64,000 nt of DNA from Minisyncoccia bacterium (GTDB lineage: Bacteria; Patescibacteriota; Minisyncoccia; Phycocordibacterales; UBA918). Below are positions 56,273-64,000 of the stretch, piece after piece (the first letter of the stretch is position 1; each line of letters starts with the position of its first letter). Below the pieces are notes generated by a model. The model saw nothing but the letters and a program-made list of their open reading frames with translations. It ran no database searches and had not been told where the DNA came from. Location of the stretch: positions 207,872 through 271,871 of the forward strand of contig JBGSPE010000005.1 of NCBI GenBank assembly GCA_041738755.1. The letters are read 5' to 3'. A program made the position numbers and the translations under genes.

Positions 56273-57349
56273 CTACTCATCGAGTGATTTCGGCTTTTCA
56301 AGCGACAGTACCTCGATTTCAGCTGAGTCTCCGGTAATCCGCATGATGTCTTTATCAATCTTACCAAGCTCCTTCCCAGCCGCATTATAGTGATTCACGG
56401 TGGTAGAAAGGGTGTTTCCAAGCTTTAGGTAGTACTCTTCATACCGCTTGAGGTGCCCCGTGAGCTTCTCGACATTCTTAATGATATCCTGAGCCTTTTC
56501 TTCAATTTCCATCGCCTTAAGGCCTTGGAGGACGGTCTGGAGATACGCCAAGAATGAGGTTGGTGAGACGATAATCACCTTGTACTTCCCTGCCGCTCTT
56601 TGGATGAGATTGTCCTCTCCTGCTCCGACTTTATTGGAAAGCAGGTCATAGTAGATACCCTCGTGCGGAATAAACATAAAGGCAAAGTCGGTTGTCTTCT
56701 CACTTGGGCGAATATACTTAGCGGTTTCAGTGATACGGTTTTTGAGATCGTTCACAAAGGCCTTTTCGTACTGGACTTTCTCTGGACCATCGGTAGCTGT
56801 TGCAAAGCGGTTGTAGTTTTCGAGTGAAAACTTTGAATCAACAGGAATTACCTTCCCTTTCACAAAGACCGCCGCGTCGACTATCTCACCATCGGAAAAT
56901 GCGTACTGCATTTCAAAGTTAGCGGGACCAAGTACATTTTGCAATACCGTCTCAAGATAGTATTCGCCGAGGACACCTCGCTGTTTTGGATTCTTTAAAA
57001 TATCTTGCAACTCTTTGAGCTGATCTGCAACCGCAAATACCTGCTTTGAGCTCTCCCCCACCTCGGTGACCCCTTTCACCACATTTCGTAGCTGTTCATT
57101 CATCTCGCGATTGATGTCTTGCATCAACTCACGACTTTCCCGAAATTGAACCCGACTCCCCTCTTGCATCGCTTTGTTAGTCTCAGATAGCTTGGCGTCC
57201 ACCGTGCGTGACAAATCCTCTAAGCGTTGCATCAGAAGGATGCTGTCGCTGGTATCTTTTTGTTCCACCTTGGGATGGAGGAGCTTATAGACCACAAACG
57301 CATTAACGAGTAACAAAATAACCACCAGAATAACTAACATGATTTCCAT
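56273..57349 (-). CDS. rmuC: DNA recombination protein RmuC
   Basis: RGVLGE, VDSKF, FAFMFIPHEG, VSPT. Confidence 0.92.
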   Translation of the reverse strand: MEIMLVILVVILLLVNAFVVYKLLHPKVEQKDTSDSILLMQRLEDLSRTVDAKLSETNKAMQEGSRVQFRESRELMQDINREMNEQLRNVVKGVTEVGESSKQVFAVADQLKELQDILKNPKQRGVLGEYYLETVLQNVLGPANFEMQYAFSDGEIVDAAVFVKGKVIPVDSKFSLENYNRFATATDGPEKVQYEKAFVNDLKNRITETAKYIRPSEKTTDFAFMFIPHEGIYYDLLSNKVGAGEDNLIQRAAGKYKVIIVSPTSFLAYLQTVLQGLKAMEIEEKAQDIIKNVEKLTGHLKRYEEYYLKLGNTLSTTVNHYNAAGKELGKIDKDIMRITGDSAEIEVLSLEKPKSLDE

Positions 57350-57405
57350 ATCGCACCATCATACCACGGGTTTAAAATCACCTCACAGGTGCTATACTAG
57401 GTCAT

Positions 57406-57858
57406 ATGTCATTACACCAAACTATTAAAGAATCATTAAAAGAGGCCATGAAAGCCAAGGAAGAGGTCCGGTTACGCACCATTCGCAGTATGCTGACCGC
57501 CTTTACCAATGAACTGGTGGCCACCAGCCGTACCCCTCAAGACTGGCTCACTGATGAGGAAGTGCTTGCTGTCATCAAGCGACTAGCCAAACAACGCAAA
57601 GAGTCAATTCTCCAATTTGAAGCCAATGCCCGTCCTGAGTTGGCTGAACCAGAACATGCTGAACTGGCCGTCCTTGAAAGTTACCTACCGCAACTTATGA
57701 GTCAAGACGAGATTCGACCGATTGCTGAAGCCAAAAAAGCTGAGCTTGGTATCGAAGATAAAAGTAAGATGGGTATGCTCATGGGAGCCATCATCAAGGA
57801 ACTAGGTGGGAAGGCGGATGGAGCCGATGTGAAGTTTGTCGTGGAGTCACTTTTTTAA
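57406..57858 (+). CDS. GatB/YqeY domain protein
   Basis: LKEAMKAK, KQRKES, YLPQLMS, MGMLMG. Confidence 0.92.
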   Translation: MSLHQTIKESLKEAMKAKEEVRLRTIRSMLTAFTNELVATSRTPQDWLTDEEVLAVIKRLAKQRKESILQFEANARPELAEPEHAELAVLESYLPQLMSQDEIRPIAEAKKAELGIEDKSKMGMLMGAIIKELGGKADGADVKFVVESLF

Positions 57859-57860
57859 AT

Positions 57861-58154
57861 ATGACTGAAAAGCTTCCTCCTTTAAACAGTAAAATTGAAA
57901 ACGCTAAACGACGAGGTGATACTGCATACCTCAGTAATGCTGGTAGAAATGGAGCCGAAAAGACAAATCGAATAAAGGATATTAAAAAAACAATAGCTGA
58001 GTTAGACGTCGAGGAGCGAAAGTTACAAGCCTTAGAGGACGAACTTGCCCGTCAGCGGGCAGCAAATGAGGATCTCATTTCACCCGACGGTGAAGATTTT
58101 GGGTTATCTGAAGAAGATAGGTTTGATAAGTACCACATAGACCCACGATTGTAA
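57861..58154 (+). CDS. Hypothetical protein
   Basis: 97-aa ORF coupled to the YqeY gene; LSNAGRNG segment. Confidence 0.55.
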   Translation: MTEKLPPLNSKIENAKRRGDTAYLSNAGRNGAEKTNRIKDIKKTIAELDVEERKLQALEDELARQRAANEDLISPDGEDFGLSEEDRFDKYHIDPRL

Positions 58155-58213
58155 TTAAACCTGCACTATGGTTTAGTTTCTCCGGATAGTTATTTTATTC
58201 GGAGGGTACTACC

Positions 58214-58594
58214 GTGAGCAATCGTGGACAGGAACATTATATTATCGACAAGATTCTTGATGAGGTTCATATCGAAACTGTCCGCAAATATGGACCAACC
58301 AACAAAGACACCGCCAAAAAAATTATTTTTAAAATTTATGATTTATTGGATGGTGGGACTACATTTCGAGCTGCAAAGAGTATTGCAATCAATCGGATAA
58401 AGATTGCTCCTGCCTTCCAGAGACAATTTCATAGCTTAGTAACGAAATACTTTAAACGAGTTGCAGCCAAGCGAATTACAGATAAGCTCATTGCAGATAA
58501 GCAACAAAGCCAAAAAAGGAGAGGTTTGTATCGCTCCTCAACCGCACTAGTAACCCCAATGATGTCGACCGAGTGGGGTAAAAAGATTGAATAA
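58214..58594 (+). CDS. Orphan basic protein, SD-led
   Basis: GGAGGG before GTG, inside hairpin CTCCGGATA/TATTCGGAG; terminator AAGGGCACGC/GCGTGCCCTTT. Confidence 0.55.
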   Translation: MSNRGQEHYIIDKILDEVHIETVRKYGPTNKDTAKKIIFKIYDLLDGGTTFRAAKSIAINRIKIAPAFQRQFHSLVTKYFKRVAAKRITDKLIADKQQSQKRRGLYRSSTALVTPMMSTEWGKKIE

Positions 58595-58620
58595 GGGCAC
58601 GCTACGCGTGCCCTTTACCT

Positions 58621-59559
58621 TTATATAAACGCAGCCAACTTCACCATAAAGAAAACATAGAACAGCAAGAGCATTACCCCTTCCCAACCCATTACCTTCT
58701 TAGCTAAGCCATTTACAAACAGAATTATCGACGCTGCAATCAATACACCAAGTCCAACCTCCATAACGACAGCATCCGATGGCAGTGTCGTAAAAAGACC
58801 TGGGAGCCCCGCAACAAACAACATATTGAAGGCATTTGAACCAAAGATATTTCCAATCGCCAAATCGCTCTCACCTGCCCGCATCGCCTTTATTGAAACA
58901 AAGAGCTCTGGTAGTGACGTTCCAACTGCAATAGCTAGAATTGATACCAGACCGATTGGTACTGCAAATCCGGTTGCCAGTGCTACCGCGTACTCTACCG
59001 TAAAGTGTGCACCAACAAGTACAGCCGCAGTACCTCCCAGCACAAACAGGACCGGCTTTAACAACGCAACTTTTGGGCGGTCAGCACCAAGCTCATTTCG
59101 ATGTGTCATTGAATCCGCAAACAAATACCACAGATACGCCAAAAAGGTCCCTACCAAAAGTGCCGCTTCTACCCTATCAAGCACTCCATCATAAATCGCA
59201 GCGACAAAGTGAATGGTGGCTATCAAAAAAATAGGTAGCTCTGATTGAAGCAAGTCTTTCTTGATAATAATCGTACCTCCAAGCGCAGCTGTTAGTCCAA
59301 TGATAAGGAGAATATTAGTAATGTTTGAACCTACGACGTTGGCAATAACAATTTCTGGACTTCCTGCCAAAACACCAGCAATAGATGATGCGAGTTCAGG
59401 GAGTGACGTTCCAAACCCTACAATCACCACCCCCACCACAAAAGAACTCATACCAAGTCCAAGCCCAATTTCTTTGGCCCCATCCACAAAGTAATCGGCC
59501 CCCTTCACCAAGACGGCAATAGCAGCAAATAAGTAAACGACAAGTAATATTGTTTCCAT
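58621..59559 (-). CDS. Ca2+/Na+ antiporter (CaCA, YrbG-like)
   Basis: Two GTSLPEL repeats, GSN motifs. Confidence 0.93.
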   Translation of the reverse strand: METILLVVYLFAAIAVLVKGADYFVDGAKEIGLGLGMSSFVVGVVIVGFGTSLPELASSIAGVLAGSPEIVIANVVGSNITNILLIIGLTAALGGTIIIKKDLLQSELPIFLIATIHFVAAIYDGVLDRVEAALLVGTFLAYLWYLFADSMTHRNELGADRPKVALLKPVLFVLGGTAAVLVGAHFTVEYAVALATGFAVPIGLVSILAIAVGTSLPELFVSIKAMRAGESDLAIGNIFGSNAFNMLFVAGLPGLFTTLPSDAVVMEVGLGVLIAASIILFVNGLAKKVMGWEGVMLLLFYVFFMVKLAAFI

Positions 59560-59569
59560 AATGAGGCGA

Positions 59570-60793
59570 TTATAGCACTAAAAGACTCGGATTGAAGATG
59601 AGGATACCACCCAAAAGGAGCATAAGGACGCCTCCAATCAAAAGCGACCACTGAGCGTACTTTCCTCCGTGTGACTGGAGCTTTGAATAGCCCCAAATCG
59701 CCAATCCAAACACAACCACGTCATCAAACATATACCCGAGTGTAAACACGAGAATGTACCACTGTCGTTCCATTAGGGTCAGCAGATTAAGTTCTAGGAT
59801 TTTGGTATACGCTTGCGGGATACCAATTGAACACGCAAATTCAATCACGTTCACTGAAAAGGCAATAATGAAAATAGCTATAATCGAAGCAATCGTGACT
59901 GGCTGTTGGACGATTTGTTGGAACTTATTGATAGTTTTTGACTGAGTATCAATATCGGAAATATCACACACGAGTGCAGCGCTTTTATTTTTCCGCCAGC
60001 GGGTCAAGAAGAAGATTCCTCCACTAAGAGCGAGGATACCAACTAGTGGCGTCACGTATTGATCCAACGCCACGAAGTCCCATGTCTTGTACCAGACATT
60101 GAGAATCAAGTTATACATAATCCCTTGAGCCAGGATGAAGATGCCTGCTAGGAAAATCATTTTCTTCTTGCTTCCAGCCTGGGAGAGTAACGTTAGGAAG
60201 GTTATCAGAACCCACATCGCACAGGGATTGAACCCATCGATTACCCCCAAAATAAGTGAGAGCGAAAATAGTGAGAATGTTTGTAAGTCGACCACCCCCA
60301 AAAATGGCAACTCAAAGACAAACTGCCCTCCCCCACCCTCGCAGGAAATCCCACTACAGCCTCCACCCAACACAACATCTTGTTTTGGAGCACGCTCTAT
60401 GTGGTCTTCAATACTTCGAATTGAAGATGATTCGGTTCTCGTAATCGCCGCTTTGATAGCCTCACCGGTGGTTTGGGGTCCATTAAATCCCGCGATGACA
60501 GTCTCTCCAATCACAGTAATCGGAGTTACTTTTGATACTCCATGCTTCTCTGTTACGGCATCATACCAGACCTTAGCCTGCTGATCAGTAATGATATTAA
60601 GGTATTCATACGTAATCCCTTGCTCTTTTAGGTACGCAAACTGTTCTTTACAGAAGCCGCAGTCATCTCGACCAAACATAATTACAACCGGTGGCGTTGG
60701 TTCAGACAAGCTCTCAGTCTGTGCACTACTGACACCAGGAACACCAGAAAGTAGCATCCCCAGCAAAACCATCACTCTCCAGATATTTTTCAT
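59570..60793 (-). CDS. Exported glutaredoxin domain fused to a DsbD/CcdA-like membrane domain
   Basis: Signal peptide, CGFC, DGFNPCAMW, EFACS, about 6 TM. Confidence 0.75.
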   Translation of the reverse strand: MKNIWRVMVLLGMLLSGVPGVSSAQTESLSEPTPPVVIMFGRDDCGFCKEQFAYLKEQGITYEYLNIITDQQAKVWYDAVTEKHGVSKVTPITVIGETVIAGFNGPQTTGEAIKAAITRTESSSIRSIEDHIERAPKQDVVLGGGCSGISCEGGGGQFVFELPFLGVVDLQTFSLFSLSLILGVIDGFNPCAMWVLITFLTLLSQAGSKKKMIFLAGIFILAQGIMYNLILNVWYKTWDFVALDQYVTPLVGILALSGGIFFLTRWRKNKSAALVCDISDIDTQSKTINKFQQIVQQPVTIASIIAIFIIAFSVNVIEFACSIGIPQAYTKILELNLLTLMERQWYILVFTLGYMFDDVVVFGLAIWGYSKLQSHGGKYAQWSLLIGGVLMLLLGGILIFNPSLLVL

Positions 60794-60845
60794 ATGGCTT
60801 GAAGTGTAGCATTGAAACCACAGAGACGGAAAGCGAATCAAAAAC

Positions 60846-60883
60846 AAAAAACCACCCTGAGCCAAAGGCTCAGGGTGGTTTTT
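60846..60883 (-). terminator. Terminator after msrB
   Basis: AAAAACCACCCTGAGCC/GGCTCAGGGTGGTTTTT. Confidence 0.8.
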
Positions 60884-60889
60884 TAATTC

Positions 60890-61591
60890 TTAAAGGTATT
60901 GAAGGTAATCACCGTATCCTGATGCTTCCATTTGTGCCCGAGGGACAAATCGAAGTGATACTCCGTTCATACAGTACCGTAAACCAGTACTATCTGTTGG
61001 TCCGTCAGTGAAAACGTGACCGAGGTGATTGTCAGCAATCGCTGAGCGAATTTCGGTACGCTTAGAGAAGATTGTATTATCTTCATGCTCTGTAACTGCA
61101 CTGGGTTTGATTGGCTTTGTAAATGACGGCCAACCAGTTCCTGAGTCAAACTTGTCCTTTGACGAAAATAACGGTTCACCAGACAAAACATCTACGTATA
61201 TCCCAGACTCCCAGTTTTTATCAAGCGGACTACTACCAGGTCGTTCGGTACCATCGTCTTGTGTCACTTTAAACGTAATTGGATCTAACGTTGCTCTCAA
61301 AACTGCCTCTGTCGGCTTTTGATAGTTTAACCACATATTTTTTTGTACTACAGCTGGTGCTTGTGCGACTGGAGCGGCACCGTTACTTGACTGGACCTGT
61401 GCTGATTCAGTTGTATTAGCATCATTAGTAATAACCTCAGATTCACTAGTAATTGTTGTACCTTCTGTACCTGTTTCTTCAACCCTCACTTCTTCTGTCA
61501 CTACAGCCTCATTCACTGGTGGTTCTACTTGCGGTGACCCCCAGCCAAAGAAGCTCGTAATGAGCATGATTATATTTGTGATAAATTCCAT
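60890..61591 (-). CDS. msrB: Methionine-R-sulfoxide reductase with N-terminal anchor and low-complexity linker
   Basis: GTERP, KFDSGTGWPSF, HLGHVF.DGP, RYCMNG. Confidence 0.95.
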   Translation of the reverse strand: MEFITNIIMLITSFFGWGSPQVEPPVNEAVVTEEVRVEETGTEGTTITSESEVITNDANTTESAQVQSSNGAAPVAQAPAVVQKNMWLNYQKPTEAVLRATLDPITFKVTQDDGTERPGSSPLDKNWESGIYVDVLSGEPLFSSKDKFDSGTGWPSFTKPIKPSAVTEHEDNTIFSKRTEIRSAIADNHLGHVFTDGPTDSTGLRYCMNGVSLRFVPRAQMEASGYGDYLQYL

Positions 61592-61703
61592 AATGTAAAG
61601 TATACCATACATTGGTCTACATTGCATCATACGCATCCCCAACCAATCTCTTTCACTACATGAAGCGGAATAGTGCTGTAAATCCCTTCAGTAAGGTTCT
61701 TGA

Positions 61704-62141
61704 TTATATTGATGTATTTGCCTCGCTCATTTTTTGTAGTTGGGTTGCTCGTAGCCCTTGCCGATCAAGGTTTCGTAGTTCTTGGAGGCACGTCGCATAG
61801 TCAGGAACCTGTTCCGCGACTAATTCCCAAAACGTTGGTCCATGATTCATTTCACGTAAATGACAGAGTTCGTGCACAATAATGTAATCACGCAAGTGCG
61901 GTGGTAAGAAGAGAATTTTATAGTTAAAGTTTAGGTTCTTTTGTGCCGAACAACTCCCCCAGCAGCGTCTTTGATTACGAACAGCGACCCGATTCCAGGA
62001 ATAGTTATAAAACTGATTAAAGTGCTCTAAACGATTTAAAATCAATGCTCGTGATTGCTCTTTGTATATTTGATAGTGTTTGGTCACGGTCGTAGTCCTG
62101 ACACGAACTCGACGTCGCCTAAAACGGATTCCCCACGGCAT
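61704..62141 (-). CDS. YgjP/DUF45-like metalloprotein
   Basis: WGSCS, YIIVHELCHL..MNH. Confidence 0.88.
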   Translation of the reverse strand: MPWGIRFRRRRVRVRTTTVTKHYQIYKEQSRALILNRLEHFNQFYNYSWNRVAVRNQRRCWGSCSAQKNLNFNYKILFLPPHLRDYIIVHELCHLREMNHGPTFWELVAEQVPDYATCLQELRNLDRQGLRATQLQKMSEANTSI

Positions 62142-62142
62142 A

Positions 62143-62541
62143 CTACCAATTAAGATACGTCACACTGAGTTGCAACACCGTAGCGAATGATACCCAGAGT
62201 AGGTATGGGATTTGCAAGTAAGTAATAAACTGAGCGTGTGGCCAGACAGCCCACATTGCCCACACCAGGGTAAGTAGCACGAGGAGAATAACGAAAGAAG
62301 CAAGCGGGAGATTATTAAGACCAAACTGTACCGGAGTGAACGCAAAATTTGCCATCAAGTTCAATACAAATGGCACTGCCACCAACGCGGGAATGTGACC
62401 TTGCCACACTTTTAGAAATACGTACCCAAAACTAAAGGCAATAATAAGATAGAGGACACTCCACACCGGGCCAAAAATCCAAGCTGGCGGAGAGAACCAC
62501 GGTTTGATATATGAGGCGTATTGAGTAGTAGTGTTTTCCAT
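62143..62541 (-). CDS. TspO/MBR family protein
   Basis: KPWFSPP, FGPVW, PYLLWVSFA. Confidence 0.92.
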   Translation of the reverse strand: MENTTTQYASYIKPWFSPPAWIFGPVWSVLYLIIAFSFGYVFLKVWQGHIPALVAVPFVLNLMANFAFTPVQFGLNNLPLASFVILLVLLTLVWAMWAVWPHAQFITYLQIPYLLWVSFATVLQLSVTYLNW

Positions 62542-62560
62542 CCTTGTATTCTAACATAAT

Positions 62561-62588
62561 AAAAACGGCCGCTTGTGCGGCCGTTTTT
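62561..62588. terminator. Terminator after the PG-binding protein gene
   Basis: AAAAACGGCCGC/GCGGCCGTTTTT. Confidence 0.75.
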
Positions 62589-62598
62589 AGATGTTTAC

Positions 62599-63210
62599 TT
62601 AGTTGTTGTCGTCATCTTCATCGTCTTCATCCTCGACTTCATCTTCATCTTCATCTTCATCTTCGTCTTCGTCTTCATAAAGACAGACTTCTGAAGGCGC
62701 TGGCTTGTCGTCACAATCACCATCCTCACGCCATTTTCTTCTTTCCATTATCTTTTTACTAATACCTGGCGCCTTGAGCAAGCCAACCGGAATACTGCCA
62801 TTCTTACGCTCCTTTAGATATTCGTTAAACAGAGCTCGCGTCGCCTCATCCACTTCTCCCGTCAGCGGCAAGCCGTGTCTTTCTTGAAAGCGTAAAATTG
62901 CTTCTTTGGTCAATGGACCATAGTAGCCACTGACGATGCCACGTGGATAGATTGTTGGATCAGTCGCTAGTAGTTCCTGGATCTTTTTGATATCTTCATC
63001 CTCCATCCCTTCACTTAGTCCTGACTTAAGCTCCTCATTAATCTCTCCTTTCAGCGCCGCTAGCTGACTCTGCAATTCCTCCACCTGCTTTAATAGACTC
63101 TGTAGAGTTGCTAGTAGGCTAGCCGTATCAGTGGTTTGAGCTTTTGCTATAACTGGTAGGCTAGTGGCACACAACAAAACGAGTGAACAAGCGATTATAG
63201 TTTGCTTCAT
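62599..63210 (-). CDS. Secreted peptidoglycan-binding protein with acidic tail
   Basis: Signal peptide, coiled coil, GYYGPLTKEAILRFQ; tail encoded by TCTTCA/TCTTCG hexamer repeats. Confidence 0.8.
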   Translation of the reverse strand: MKQTIIACSLVLLCATSLPVIAKAQTTDTASLLATLQSLLKQVEELQSQLAALKGEINEELKSGLSEGMEDEDIKKIQELLATDPTIYPRGIVSGYYGPLTKEAILRFQERHGLPLTGEVDEATRALFNEYLKERKNGSIPVGLLKAPGISKKIMERRKWREDGDCDDKPAPSEVCLYEDEDEDEDEDEDEVEDEDDEDDDNN

Positions 63211-63297
63211 AGATATTTATAAATAATTATTAATTTAATACTAAAGCTGATTTGGTTCAGCTGTCACGAGATATTATACGCCACACCTAAAGCATAA

Positions 63298-64000
63298 TCA
63301 GCCTTTATGCTCAGAGACAAACAAGGCCCGAATCAGCCGAATCAGTTCGTACTCGTATTTTTCGCCCGTTGCTTCATGGAGCGGTTTTAGCTTCTCCACG
63401 CCATGCTTATTAATAGCTTTATAGACATCGGTTTTGGCTTTTTTGCTGGCTGGGAAGGCCGCAATAAACTCATTTAGCACCTTAAGCGGTATCTGCTGCT
63501 TCTCCGCCAGATACTCTAGGTGATTAATCACCGTTGAGGTGGTGAGACCGCGGACTCGAGCTAGTTCAGCCAAAGTCTGCCCTTCAGTGAGCGCCTTACG
63601 AGTAATCTCATAAGTACTTTCCGTTGGTGCTTTTGGCACCCGCACACCACTCTCTGCTGAGGCTAGGGCGGCGGCTGTTGGTAGAGTTCCCCCCGAGGCT
63701 TTCACGAAGCGCTCATGCATCTCTTTTAACTCCTCGGCATCAAGCGCCTTAAATGTCTCCTCTGCCTCGTCGGATTCAAGCTTAAAGCGCTTATCTTGCG
63801 CAATGATTTTTGGATCAACCATCAGAGCGTTGGGATTCATGCCGAGAACCTTGAGTCCAGCGAGAGTGCGCACGCGAGAGAGAGCAACATAACCCTGCCC
63901 GTAGACAAAAGACTTGGACAGATCAACCTCAGCGGCGTCAAGTGACATCCCCTGGCTTTTGTGGACGGTAATCGCCCACGCTAGACGCAGTGGCACCTGC
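63298..64000 (-). CDS. PIF1/RecD-like helicase C-terminus with HTH domain, 5'-partial
   Basis: [40 protein letters not shown]. Confidence 0.9.
   Translation of the reverse strand, partial: QVPLRLAWAITVHKSQGMSLDAAEVDLSKSFVYGQGYVALSRVRTLAGLKVLGMNPNALMVDPKIIAQDKRFKLESDEAEETFKALDAEELKEMHERFVKASGGTLPTAAALASAESGVRVPKAPTESTYEITRKALTEGQTLAELARVRGLTTSTVINHLEYLAEKQQIPLKVLNEFIAAFPASKKAKTDVYKAINKHGVEKLKPLHEATGEKYEYELIRLIRALFVSEHKG

Noticed and set aside
1-64000. Numerous 60-180 aa ORFs antisense or out of frame within recognised genes
   Set aside because: Shadow ORFs overlapping well-supported genes, with no motifs or expression signals
1-64000. CRISPR array, tRNA, rRNA, transposase or integrase
   Set aside because: No regularly spaced repeats, cloverleaf or recognisable motifs found by eye; a short tRNA could have been missed

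Overview
64-kb chromosomal segment of a Candidate Phyla Radiation bacterium (Patescibacteria, Parcubacteria-like). This assignment is inferred from gene content, short AlaRS/GluRS, archaeal-type non-discriminating AspRS and the lack of SD sites before housekeeping genes. The genetic code is standard (TGA = stop). The left 41 kb is almost entirely + strand: alaS end, an FtsA-like/baseplate-J-like pair, the alpha ribosomal operon, grpE-dnaK-dnaJ, two accessory cassettes (EamA-unknown enzyme-SET-7TM histidine kinase; AT-rich exonuclease-AroE-like-HprK-like-RmlD-like-NTase-GT4-HD), trpS, aspS, pepA, scpA/scpB and a cell-wall cluster with gltX. After about 41.5 kb most genes are on the - strand, and a near-perfect 11-6-11 dif-like palindrome lies at the switch (likely replication terminus). 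Best non-coding signals: (1) a miniature T-box riboswitch with an Asp (GAC) specifier in an ultra-short Stem I before aspS; (2) three tandem promoter-to-terminator units between scpA and scpB, one carrying an unannotated 38-aa ORF with foreign high-GC codon usage; (3) a split between leaderless housekeeping genes and SD-led, self-terminated orphan genes; (4) several other structured RNA candidates. No tRNA, rRNA, CRISPR array or transposase was recognised. All family calls come from motif recognition by eye, not from database searches.
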